From an uncultured Candidatus Pelagibacter sp. (lineage in GTDB: Bacteria > Pseudomonadota > Alphaproteobacteria > Paracaedibacterales > CAIOTO01), in NCBI GenBank assembly GCA_964415115.1, contig CAYPYB010000001.1, forward strand, positions 75,228 to 139,227: DNA of 64,000 nucleotides. The letters run 5' to 3'. Position 1 is the first letter of the stretch, and each line of letters opens with the position of its first letter. A model generated the notes under the pieces. It was given only the letters and a program-made list of their open reading frames with translations, made no database searches and had not been told where the DNA came from. Positions 37,769 to 47,623 of the stretch are shown piece by piece. The translations under genes were made by a program, and so were the position numbers.

Positions 37769-39886
37769 TTATTCTGCAGGTGTTTCTGTAGCTTGTTCTT
37801 CCATTGCTCTTTTAAGGCTTAATTTTACTTTGCCTCGCTCATCAACTTCTAAAACTTTTACTTTAATAACATCACCAACATTCACTACATCCGTTACCTT
37901 TGCAACACGTTGTGGAGCTAATTCGCTGATATGAACCAGACCATCACGTGATGGCATAAAGGTGACAAATGCACCAAATTCAGCAATCTTTACAACTGTT
38001 CCTGTGTAAATCGCTCCAATTTCTGGATCGCCTGCAATCCCCATAATAATATCTACTGCTTTTTGCATTTTTTCATTATTTGATGCAGAAACGGTGACAG
38101 CACCTGTATCTTCTATTTCGATTTTAGCACCAGTTGTTTCACAAATTTCTCGAATAACTTTACCACCAGAACCAATGACATCGCGAATTTTATCTTTATT
38201 AATCATAAACGTTGTCATCTTTGGTGCATTTTTATTAAGCTCTGTTCTAGAAACATCTAATGCTTTAGCCATTTCGCCTAAAATATGAATTCTGCCTTTT
38301 TGCGCTTGTCTTAAAGCTTGTTTCATAATTTCTGGCGTGATACTTGTGATTTTAATATCCATTTGCAAGGCAGTAATACCTTTTGAAGAACCTGCAACTT
38401 TAAAGTCCATATCCCCAAGATGATCTTCATCACCAAGAATATCAGATAAAATGGCAAACTTATCACCTTCTTTTACAAGCCCCATAGCTATACCAGCAAT
38501 AGGTGTGGCAAGAGGAACACCAGCATCCATCATCGATAATGAAGCACCACAAACTGTTGCCATGGAAGAAGATCCATTAGATTCCGTAACTTCAGAAACA
38601 GTTCTTAACACGTATGGGAATGCTTCTTTGCTTGGAACCATGGAGTTCAAAGATCTCCATGCTAATTTACCATGTCCAATTTCTCTACGACCTGGACCTG
38701 ACATACGGCCACATTCACCAACCGAATAGGGAGGGAAATTATAATGAAGCATGAAACGTTCTTTAAATTCTCCATCGAGAGAATCAATCGTTTGCTCGTC
38801 TTGACCCGTTCCAAGAGTCGTTACAACCAACGCTTGAGTTTCTCCACGTGTGAATAATGCACTACCGTGTGCTTTTGGCAAGACTCCAACTTCACATACA
38901 ATCGGGCGAATCTGGTCTAATTTACGACCATCCACGCGTTGACTTTTATCTAAAATAGCAGAACGAAGAGCGTGATATTTCACATCTTCATAGGCTGTTA
39001 AAATCATACTTTCTTGATCTGGATAAGAGATCAGCATTTTTTCAAGAATTTTTTCTTGAAGACTTTCTAAAGCTATATAACGATCTTGCTTTGTATGAAT
39101 AGTATAAGCAGAATCAATTGCTCCACCAAATTCTTTTTGAATCGCTTGTTGAATTTCTGTTTGCGTTACGTTTTCTGGATTTAGCACCCATGCATCTTTA
39201 CCAGCATCTTTTTTTAATTGCTCAATAGCATCAATAATCGCAGCAAAACTTTTAGATCCAAACACAACTGCATCCAGCATGATTTCTTCAGAAAGTTCAC
39301 TTGCTTGAGATTCTACCATCAAAACACCATCTCTGGTTCCAGCAACAACTAGATCAAGTTTTGATTGCGCAAGCTGCTCATGTGTTGGCTGCAAAATTAA
39401 CTGACCATCAACATAACCCACACGAGCTGCCGACAAAGGGCCTTGAAAAGGAATACCGGAAATACTTAATGCAGCAGAGGCTCCAATAATTGATACGATA
39501 TCAGAATCTGCATTAGAATCATAACTAAGAACTGTGCACACAACCTGAACTTCGTTTCTAAAACCTTCAGGGAATAAAGGACGAATAGGACGATCAATCA
39601 GACGAGAAGTTAATACTTCTTTTTCAGAAGGCTTACCTTCACGTTTAAAGAAACCACCTGGAATTTTACCAATAGCAAATGCTTTTTCGATATAATGCAC
39701 ACTCAACGGAAAAAAACCAGCGTTTGCGTTAGCTTGCTTAACTGCAGCTACTGTACACAAGACAACCGTTTCTCCATACTTTACAACAACAGCACCCTCA
39801 GCTTGTCTTGCCATCTTTCCTGTTTCAATGGTAAGAGGTTTACCTACAAAATCTATTGTTTGTGAGTGTATTTTAAAAAATTCCAT
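37769..39886 (-). CDS. pnp: polyribonucleotide nucleotidyltransferase (PNPase)
   Basis: It is 705 aa with two RNase PH-like cores, a KH region ([10 protein letters not shown]) and a C-terminal S1 domain (FGAFVTF...DGLVHISEL). Confidence 0.95.
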   Translation of the reverse strand: MEFFKIHSQTIDFVGKPLTIETGKMARQAEGAVVVKYGETVVLCTVAAVKQANANAGFFPLSVHYIEKAFAIGKIPGGFFKREGKPSEKEVLTSRLIDRPIRPLFPEGFRNEVQVVCTVLSYDSNADSDIVSIIGASAALSISGIPFQGPLSAARVGYVDGQLILQPTHEQLAQSKLDLVVAGTRDGVLMVESQASELSEEIMLDAVVFGSKSFAAIIDAIEQLKKDAGKDAWVLNPENVTQTEIQQAIQKEFGGAIDSAYTIHTKQDRYIALESLQEKILEKMLISYPDQESMILTAYEDVKYHALRSAILDKSQRVDGRKLDQIRPIVCEVGVLPKAHGSALFTRGETQALVVTTLGTGQDEQTIDSLDGEFKERFMLHYNFPPYSVGECGRMSGPGRREIGHGKLAWRSLNSMVPSKEAFPYVLRTVSEVTESNGSSSMATVCGASLSMMDAGVPLATPIAGIAMGLVKEGDKFAILSDILGDEDHLGDMDFKVAGSSKGITALQMDIKITSITPEIMKQALRQAQKGRIHILGEMAKALDVSRTELNKNAPKMTTFMINKDKIRDVIGSGGKVIREICETTGAKIEIEDTGAVTVSASNNEKMQKAVDIIMGIAGDPEIGAIYTGTVVKIAEFGAFVTFMPSRDGLVHISELAPQRVAKVTDVVNVGDVIKVKVLEVDERGKVKLSLKRAMEEQATETPAE

Positions 39887-40216
39887 AAAACCTATAACTT
39901 TCTTTTATTTTTCTGCTTAATGCACCGGAAACAATATATAAATATTTTCCTACAAACAAGCATAGTGAATGAGTGCAAAAACGAACTCGTTACTTTATAC
40001 TATAAATGAAATCCATGAATTAATGAAGTCAAAAGATAAAAACTGTAGGAATATGTTCGCAGACAGAGCATAAAACACCATTCGCAAAAATCACTTTCAA
40101 CCATACATTTCATAATGATTTTTCAGATCCATATCAATATTGATTTCTACGGACAAAATCATTTACTATGATAATTCAAGCATCCATCCAAATTTTCAAA
40201 GTATTTTAACCTAGGT

Positions 40217-40990
40217 ATGAATCAAAAATCAGAACCAGATATTATAGAATCTTTCTACACTGAAAATTATATTCTTGGTGGACGTGTCCTGTTACGCCAA
40301 CCTAAAAAAGGTTTTAGAGTATCGATTGATTCTATTTTTTTAGCAGCGGCTGTTCCAGCATTAGAAAATGAAACCGTCTTAGATGTTGGAAGTGGCATTG
40401 GAACAGCAGCTCTGTGCCTTGCAACAAGAGCAAACAATATCAAAGTAAGTGCTATAGAAATATTAAAAGAAAATGTTAAATATGCCGCCGAAAATATCAA
40501 GCTTAACCAAATGCAAAATCGTGTTGAAATATTGCATGGAAATCTCACCAAAGCACCACCGCGATTAGCAGCAGGAACGTTTTCTCATGTTATGGCGAAT
40601 CCTCCCTTTTTTGACGCAAATGAAGGAAGACTTTCCCCCATAGAACAAAAAAAAATGGCCAACCATGAAATTTCAGCTGATTTTGAACAATGGGCTAAAT
40701 TTTGCTATCTTATGGTTCGCCCCAAGGGCACCATTACTTTTATTCACAGAGCAGATCGTTTAGATCAAATCTTGTCCTACTTTTATGGGAAATTAGGTGA
40801 CATCATTGTGTACCCATTGTGGCCCATGAAAGGCCGTCAAGCCAAACGCGTCATTGTCCAAGGGGTTCGAAATTCCATGGGAACAATGACATTATCACCA
40901 GGTCTGATACTGCATAATGAAAGCAACGGATCATTTACAACAGAAGCAGATGAAATCCTTCGGCACGCAAAAAGTTTGAATTTACAATAA
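40217..40990 (+). CDS. N6-adenine-type SAM methyltransferase (TrmN6/YfiC-like)
   Basis: It has SAM motif VLDVGSGIGTAAL and catalytic MANPPFF (the NPPF/Y motif). Confidence 0.6.
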   Translation: MNQKSEPDIIESFYTENYILGGRVLLRQPKKGFRVSIDSIFLAAAVPALENETVLDVGSGIGTAALCLATRANNIKVSAIEILKENVKYAAENIKLNQMQNRVEILHGNLTKAPPRLAAGTFSHVMANPPFFDANEGRLSPIEQKKMANHEISADFEQWAKFCYLMVRPKGTITFIHRADRLDQILSYFYGKLGDIIVYPLWPMKGRQAKRVIVQGVRNSMGTMTLSPGLILHNESNGSFTTEADEILRHAKSLNLQ

Positions 40991-41013
40991 TATTATTTTT
41001 GCCTTACAATTAA

Positions 41014-41565
41014 AGTATTATTGCATCAAAAAAAATCAGTACCATTAAAATATTAATTCAAAATATCGCTATTCTGACCTTTTCATTTGCAACATCTTTT
41101 TCTTCAGATTGGATAGGAGAGTTTGATCTTATAACCGGGGTTAAAATTATCAAAAATATAGACTCTATATTCATCGATGACTCTACCGCACCTCATGAAT
41201 TTTCTAGTGCTATCAAGATGGCTCCAAATTCTAAAATACAAGGCCTTACCCTAAGAGATTTTCTTTATTTAGATATAAGCTTAACACAAGAAGCTTTTGT
41301 TAGAGCTTTAATAGATTCAGGCGTATATGAACCAACAGAAGAACAAATGAGAGATTATCAAAACAGCGCTGACTGGAATGAAAGATTTAATTTAAGCAGT
41401 TGCACTATCTCTCATCCCCCCAAAGAGTTACCTTCAACATCAAAGCTATAGGAAAAAGTAGTTCAGCAAAAAATTATTTACTTAAAGGGGTATTGCTCAG
41501 GACTCATTCAACGCATGAAGAGTTTGAAAACAATATTCAAAAGCTTCGTGATCTTGGACTATAAA
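41014..41565 (+). pseudogene. small exported-protein gene interrupted by a frameshift at a C6 tract
   Basis: Frame 1 is open from 41014 to TAG at 41449-41451 (track ORF 41218..41451). Frame 0 is open from 41391 to TAA at 41563-41565. The two frames overlap across CCCCCC at 41416-41421. The upstream part has a signal-like ILIQNIAILTFSFATSFS but no in-frame ATG/GTG/TTG before it. Confidence 0.35.
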
Positions 41566-41580
41566 TAAAAAAACCTTTTT

Positions 41581-41620
41581 GATTAGCAGGTTTTAACACT
41601 GTTGATTAAGCCTGCTAATC
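41581..41620. repeat. perfect 10-bp inverted repeat GATTAGCAGG ... CCTGCTAATC (20-nt loop)
   Basis: Read directly, 16 nt after the frame-0 stop of the interrupted gene. It is flanked by A/T runs on both sides and is a possible terminator. Confidence 0.35.
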
Positions 41621-41782
41621 GGGGAAAAAATAGCTGTTAAGCTCATTATTCTGTAATAACAACCCGTTGTTGCAGAATATCGTGTAAAGAAAACATTAAA
41701 ATTTTCAAAACATCATAAAACCCTTTAAATTTACATAAAATGTATTCTAAACTTTAAATATTGGTTATTTTTTTCGATCGTT

Positions 41783-44254
41783 ATGATCCATAATTCATTT
41801 TTTTTTATTTTCTTCATTGTGTTGATTATTGGCTTATTTGCAGCTTCGATCATTTTGTACATCCTCTTTACAAAAGAGAAAGAAGAAAATAGACAAATCA
41901 TTAATAACATTCACCATATCCAACTTATTACAAAATCATTTCATACGCCATGGTGCTATTGGGATATAGGAGATTTATATATCCACACATCCCAAAGTTT
42001 TAAAAAAATTTTTCGTTTTGATATTTTATCTCATGTTAAGCTTTCTGATTTCATGAGCTTAATGGGTGATTCTGCGCACTCACCCTTTCAGCGATCGATG
42101 CAACATATCAAAGAATACGGAGGAAGCTTTAGCCTAGAACTTGGAATTTTTGAAAACAATAAACAAATAGAAGTCCATGGCCTGGTTATAGAAAGTCCCT
42201 ATCTGATTGATGGAAAGAGAAAAAAAACCATCATCTTAAATATTGTAGACTTTACCCAAAAAAATATTGCCCAAGAAAAAATAGAAATGGTGAATTCTAA
42301 ACTTCGCCACGAAATTAACATTTTTAGGAAAATGCTTGATGCGTCACCTACAGCACTTTGGTATAGACATTCATCAGGACGCATTCATTTCTGCAACAAA
42401 GCATTTGCGGACATACTAGGAACATCCATACACAAAGCTATAGCTGAAAACAGAGAATTGGTCGATCGTTTTGGAGAAACTCGTACCTATGATTTGTCAC
42501 GCAAAGCATTAACAGCCAACAAAAAATTGACCGTCCGGTCGCACATCGTTGTTAATGGCCAAAGAAGATACTTAGAAATATCTGAAAACCCGTTGATTGA
42601 AATGGGAGATACCATCGGATATGCAACCGATATCACAGACTTGGAAAACATCGGAAAAGATTTAGATTTAATTACAAGATCACAAAAAGAAATCTTAAAT
42701 CATTTATCATCTCCAGTTGCGATCTATGGTCCTGACACTCGCATGATATTTTTCAATACTTCATACGTTAAAATGTTTAAGCAAGATGAAAGTTGGCTAC
42801 TAACACAGCCGCTTCTCAGTGAAATTATGGACCACCTCAGAGAAATCAGAAAAATACCTGAATACTCTGACTTTAAGGCGCATAAAGAAGGAAGAATGCG
42901 ACTATTCAGCAATTTACTAGAACCCATCCACGAAATTATGCATCAACCAGATGGAACTATCTGTAGATTAGTTATTGCACCGACACCTTCCGGAGGTTTG
43001 GTTTATATTTTTGACAACATCACAGATAGCCTATCTTTGGAACGTCGATTCAATACCTTAATTGCTGTACAAAGAGAAACGATTGACCACCTTTATGAAG
43101 GTATTATTGTTTTCGGAACAGATTATAAGTTACGTTTTTCCAACCCATCTATGCGCAAAATATGGGATCTTAACCACGATGTCTATGCTGAAGATACTCA
43201 TTTGAATGAAGTCATCAAATCTATTTCACATCATTTCAAAAGTGTACAATCCAGCAAAGCATGGCAGATAAAAATTTTAGATATGATTGCTCGTCGACAT
43301 TCGCAACATCACCGACTACAACTCAAAAAAGACAAGCTGATAGAATGTAACTACGTACCCTTACCTGATGGCAGTCACTTACTCAGTTTCGTTGACATCA
43401 GCGACACATGGAAATTTGAACAAAGCTTAAAGCAAAGAAATCAGACGCTAGAAAATGAAGACAGGCTTAAATCTAATTTTCTATCTCATGTATCTTATGA
43501 ACTTCAAGCTCCTTTAAATAATATTATTGGTTTTAGCGAAATATTGGTAAACCAATATTTTGGAGATCTCAATGAAAAGCAAATGGACTACAGCAAAAAC
43601 ATATACGAATGTGCAGAAAAATTATCAAACCTCATCAATGACGTTTTAGATTTAGCAAGCATCCAGGCTGGAACATTTACTTTAGAATATCAAGAAATTC
43701 TTGTGGATCAATTGCTTAATAGTGTATTGGTCTTTATTCAAAATAGAGCACATGACCACGGGCTTGAAATCAATATTGAAAATTTTGTTGAAGGCAAAAT
43801 TATATATGTTGATTCAAGACGCATAAGACATGCCCTTTTCAATATTCTATCCAATGCTATTAAATTTACACCAAGTGGCGGTAAAGTTACCATTCAGGCT
43901 AGAATTTCTGAGGACTGTAATATGCTTGATATATCCATCAAAGACACCGGACAAGGAATAATAGAATCGGAATTGAAAAATTTTTCATCCGTATTTCAAA
44001 ATCTTTTGGATAACGATTTTGAAAATGCAGCAAAAAATGTTTCGAATACAGACGGATCAACAGAAATTAAATCTGACAAATTACCGCACGAAGAAGATGA
44101 ATCTGATGAAAATAATTATGATTCTCCAAGATTAGGGTTGGATCTCGTTCGAAGAATTATCGACCTACATGGAGGGCATATTTCCATTCAAACGAAAGAA
44201 AACGAAGGAACAACTATTGTTTGCTCTGTTCCCGTTGCACCAGAAGCCGCATAA
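41783..44254 (+). CDS. membrane-anchored multi-PAS sensor histidine kinase (orphan)
   Basis: It has an N-terminal TM segment and a long PAS-like region. The H-box is FLSHVSYELQAPLNNIIGFSEIL, the N-box is NILSNAIKFTPSGG, G1 is IKDTGQGI, and the G2 region is degenerate (RLGLDLVRRIIDLHGG). No response regulator gene is adjacent. Confidence 0.8.
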   Translation: MIHNSFFFIFFIVLIIGLFAASIILYILFTKEKEENRQIINNIHHIQLITKSFHTPWCYWDIGDLYIHTSQSFKKIFRFDILSHVKLSDFMSLMGDSAHSPFQRSMQHIKEYGGSFSLELGIFENNKQIEVHGLVIESPYLIDGKRKKTIILNIVDFTQKNIAQEKIEMVNSKLRHEINIFRKMLDASPTALWYRHSSGRIHFCNKAFADILGTSIHKAIAENRELVDRFGETRTYDLSRKALTANKKLTVRSHIVVNGQRRYLEISENPLIEMGDTIGYATDITDLENIGKDLDLITRSQKEILNHLSSPVAIYGPDTRMIFFNTSYVKMFKQDESWLLTQPLLSEIMDHLREIRKIPEYSDFKAHKEGRMRLFSNLLEPIHEIMHQPDGTICRLVIAPTPSGGLVYIFDNITDSLSLERRFNTLIAVQRETIDHLYEGIIVFGTDYKLRFSNPSMRKIWDLNHDVYAEDTHLNEVIKSISHHFKSVQSSKAWQIKILDMIARRHSQHHRLQLKKDKLIECNYVPLPDGSHLLSFVDISDTWKFEQSLKQRNQTLENEDRLKSNFLSHVSYELQAPLNNIIGFSEILVNQYFGDLNEKQMDYSKNIYECAEKLSNLINDVLDLASIQAGTFTLEYQEILVDQLLNSVLVFIQNRAHDHGLEINIENFVEGKIIYVDSRRIRHALFNILSNAIKFTPSGGKVTIQARISEDCNMLDISIKDTGQGIIESELKNFSSVFQNLLDNDFENAAKNVSNTDGSTEIKSDKLPHEEDESDENNYDSPRLGLDLVRRIIDLHGGHISIQTKENEGTTIVCSVPVAPEAA

Positions 44255-44333
44255 GATAAAACGCATTAAGTTTTAATTAACCTTTGAAATTCATAATAAG
44301 GCTAACCTTAACCACATTTCTTGGATTTTTCTT

Positions 44334-45707
44334 TTGAAAAAGGATTTGAATTTTCTTACTTTCATATTCAAATTTTACACCTTACTCTTTTTATATCTAT
44401 TTTCTGGTCATCATGTTTTTTCAAACACATCTTTATTTGTCCCTGCACAAGAACAAAAACAACAGTGCGACTATACAAAACTACAATTACCTCCTGGTTG
44501 CGCGATCAAAACAGATAGCTCCATAGAATATCCCTTTATTATAATTGAATGTGAAAACATTTTTGGCGAATCCGAATGGTGTAAAAAAAATACAAGGTCT
44601 CCAGCGTGCAAATCTAAAAAAACAAAGATTTTTAATTCATCTTGCAAACCTAATGGTACCTTTAAAGATAACATTGCATTTTCAAATATATTTGGCAAAC
44701 TTTTAGGGTTTAACGTTCCGGATGGATGCGAAGCTCCTCGTTTTGAAAACGGATATATTGTTTTAGAATGTTCAAATGCAAAGAATTCTAACTCTAAAGA
44801 AATACTTAAAACTCCTTTGTTTTTTAGTCCTTTCTTTAAAATTAAACATATACCCTATTTTTTAAACCTTGAAAACGGTTTTAAACAAATTTACATACCT
44901 GAAAACTGTTCCATCCAAGATTTGATTTATGAAAAGGGAAATCTAGCATTTTCATGTATTGATAAAGAAAAAAACACTACACAACATACCGTATCTGTTG
45001 ATTTAGAAAATCATAAATCAACTTTAGTTACAACCTTTTTTGAAAAAAAAACAAAAGACCTTATCACTGTTTGGCATCCTTACGAGTGCCTTATTATGAA
45101 ACATCATCATAATTCTGATCTTTATATTAATTGTGAACCTGATCAAGAAATTGACCCAAAAGTTAGTAGCCCTGCTGATCTATTAAAAGAAAGAAATTTT
45201 TTTCAGCTTTTTACTTCTGAAAATACAAGACAACTTCTTGTAACGAAGAATCAAGGAAACAATTATCGTTTTTGGGATATTCCTACTAGCTGCAATGCTG
45301 CATCAGCAGTTTTTGATAGCAAAAAACTAACGATTACGTGCATGAAAACATCATCTGAATTTAATAAAGAAGGTTCAACAGAGTCTCTTGATATTACTAT
45401 TCCTCCTTCTTCTTCGACACAAAATGTATGCCATCTTAGTAAAATTGAGAATCAACAAAAACAAATGAAATTGACAGCTCCTTGTAATAAAGGTGCTTTA
45501 TCACATATGCTTCCTCAAAAATGTTTAACAAAATATACGAAATTAGAAAATAATTCCCTCACGGTATCGTGTTATGACAAAAACATGGTCCTTGTTCAAA
45601 ATATTGTACCCATTATTTGTGATTGTTTAGGAAATCCTATCAATGCCATCTTCACATCTGATGAAAATGGAATATTAATTTCGAAAAATAAAACGGATCC
45701 TTCATGA
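44334..45707 (+). CDS. hypothetical exported cysteine-repeat protein (457 aa)
   Basis: It has a TTG start, a signal-like N-terminus (LTFIFKFYTLLFLYLFSG) and about 20 Cys. At least six copies of a P-x-x-C-x(13-16)-C module are present. Its stop overlaps the kup start (ATGA). Confidence 0.65.
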   Translation: MKKDLNFLTFIFKFYTLLFLYLFSGHHVFSNTSLFVPAQEQKQQCDYTKLQLPPGCAIKTDSSIEYPFIIIECENIFGESEWCKKNTRSPACKSKKTKIFNSSCKPNGTFKDNIAFSNIFGKLLGFNVPDGCEAPRFENGYIVLECSNAKNSNSKEILKTPLFFSPFFKIKHIPYFLNLENGFKQIYIPENCSIQDLIYEKGNLAFSCIDKEKNTTQHTVSVDLENHKSTLVTTFFEKKTKDLITVWHPYECLIMKHHHNSDLYINCEPDQEIDPKVSSPADLLKERNFFQLFTSENTRQLLVTKNQGNNYRFWDIPTSCNAASAVFDSKKLTITCMKTSSEFNKEGSTESLDITIPPSSSTQNVCHLSKIENQQKQMKLTAPCNKGALSHMLPQKCLTKYTKLENNSLTVSCYDKNMVLVQNIVPIICDCLGNPINAIFTSDENGILISKNKTDPS

Positions 45708-47623
45708 AATTAGACAGTATTATACCCTCTGACCATAGTCAAAATGGAGCGTGTTTATCATCTAAAAAAAATCAGTCTATGATTATAGCATGTATTGGAG
45801 TTGTGTTCGGCGATATTGGAACAAGCCCTTTATATGCATTAAAAACATCTTTCTCGTTATGTGGTCTTGATGCAAATGCTTTAAACATATTGGGTATTAC
45901 TTCTTTGATTTTATGGTCCTTATTATTCATTGTAAGTTATAAATACTTTTTTTGGGTCATGCCTATTCATAACAAGGGTGAAGGTGGTCTTATTTCTCTT
46001 ATGGCACGATGCTTGGAAAATGAAAAATCATATAAAATGAAACGCATTGTTTTAGCTCTTACCTTTATTGGCATAGGTTTTTTTATTGGAGACGGTATGA
46101 TCACGCCAGCCATTTCTGTAATGAGTGCTGTTGAAGGATTGACTGTTTACTCTCCAAGACTTGCAAACTATGTTGTCCCCATCTCTTTATCCATTCTGAT
46201 TCTGCTGTTTACATTACAACACAAAGGTAGCTTTGTTTTAGGGTCTGTATTTGGATATTTTATTGTTTTGTGGTTTTTATGGTTAGCGGGATTAGGAGTT
46301 GTGCAAATCATAAAAGACCCTAGTATTTTAAAAGCCTTAAACCCTCTATGGGGGGTACATTTTATTCTAAAATATCCCACAGGGGCATTCTTAGCTTTTG
46401 GTGGCATCATTTTGGCAGTGACAGGTTGTGAAGCCCTTTATGCTGATTTAGGTCACTTTGGACTAAAGCCTATTAAAACATCTTGGTTTTTCATTGTACT
46501 ACCTTGCCTCATACTTAATTATTTAGGACAAGCAACATTACTTTTAATTAATCCAGATTATATCAATAATATTTTTTATCAATTGGTTCCATTTGAATGG
46601 ATTCCGTTCTCTGTCTTAATTGCCACAATTGCTTCAGTAATAGCGTCTCAATCGATTATTTCTGGGATTTTCTCAATTGTAAGACACTGCGTCATGTTAG
46701 ATTTTATTCCCAGATTAAAAATCAAACACACATCTTCAGAATATATTGGGCAGGTCTATATTCCTTCTATCAATTATATGCTTCTCATTTTATGCTGTTT
46801 AATTGTACAAATATTTCAAAGCTCAGATAAACTGTCCCATGCTTATGGTTTATCGGTTGTGGGAACAATGCTTATTACCAGTGTCTTTCTATTCTTAATC
46901 ATAAAGAAGAATATATTTCTCAATCCTCATAAAAGATATCTGGCTTTTTCTATTATCTCTATCTTCATCATGATTGATCTTCTCTTTTTAGGCTCTTCCC
47001 TTATAAAATTTTTTGAAGGAGGATGGGTAACCATTCTTATTAGCGTTTTAATCTATATCATTATTGACACATGGATTTCTGGTCGCAAACTTATGGACAG
47101 TAACAGCAAATTAAAAGGCTCTAAGATTAAAGATTATCTCAAAAAAAATGTTATTTTTGAAAAAAGAATTGTTCCAGGAACTGCTGTTTTTTTTAACAGA
47201 TCATCGAGCGTGATACCGACCTCATTTGATACATACATACAAAATAATCCCTATTCTCATGAAAAAATTATTTTTCTAAACATCAATGTTACATACCAAC
47301 CACGCACAATTCCTTCAAAAAATATTAGCATGGAGGAAATAAGTCCTAACATCTGGTCTGTTGTGATTAATTATGGTTATCAACAAACCCCAGATATACA
47401 AAAAGCTTTAAAATGGTTTTGCGAAAATGTCCATGAAATTGAATTAAGCAATATTCGTTTTTATTTCAGCCAACAAAAAATTTTAGTAGGAAAGCATCCC
47501 TTAAAACGAAAAATACAAAGAACTCTATTTCAATATTTGTCAAAAATATCATTGAGAGGCACTGATTTTTTCAAAATTCCTCATTCACATTTAATAGAAC
47601 TTGGCGCTTATACCAAGATTTAA
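45704..47623 (+). CDS. kup: KUP-family potassium uptake protein
   Basis: It has an N-terminal GVVFGDIGTSPLYALK, about 12 TM segments and a cytoplasmic C-terminal domain. Length is 639 aa. Confidence 0.9.
   Translation: MKLDSIIPSDHSQNGACLSSKKNQSMIIACIGVVFGDIGTSPLYALKTSFSLCGLDANALNILGITSLILWSLLFIVSYKYFFWVMPIHNKGEGGLISLMARCLENEKSYKMKRIVLALTFIGIGFFIGDGMITPAISVMSAVEGLTVYSPRLANYVVPISLSILILLFTLQHKGSFVLGSVFGYFIVLWFLWLAGLGVVQIIKDPSILKALNPLWGVHFILKYPTGAFLAFGGIILAVTGCEALYADLGHFGLKPIKTSWFFIVLPCLILNYLGQATLLLINPDYINNIFYQLVPFEWIPFSVLIATIASVIASQSIISGIFSIVRHCVMLDFIPRLKIKHTSSEYIGQVYIPSINYMLLILCCLIVQIFQSSDKLSHAYGLSVVGTMLITSVFLFLIIKKNIFLNPHKRYLAFSIISIFIMIDLLFLGSSLIKFFEGGWVTILISVLIYIIIDTWISGRKLMDSNSKLKGSKIKDYLKKNVIFEKRIVPGTAVFFNRSSSVIPTSFDTYIQNNPYSHEKIIFLNINVTYQPRTIPSKNISMEEISPNIWSVVINYGYQQTPDIQKALKWFCENVHEIELSNIRFYFSQQKILVGKHPLKRKIQRTLFQYLSKISLRGTDFFKIPHSHLIELGAYTKI

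Noticed and set aside
44321-44518. 65-aa + strand ORF overlapping the start of the Cys-repeat gene in another frame
   Set aside because: The 457-aa frame is far longer and has a signal peptide and an internal repeat structure. The short ORF has neither.
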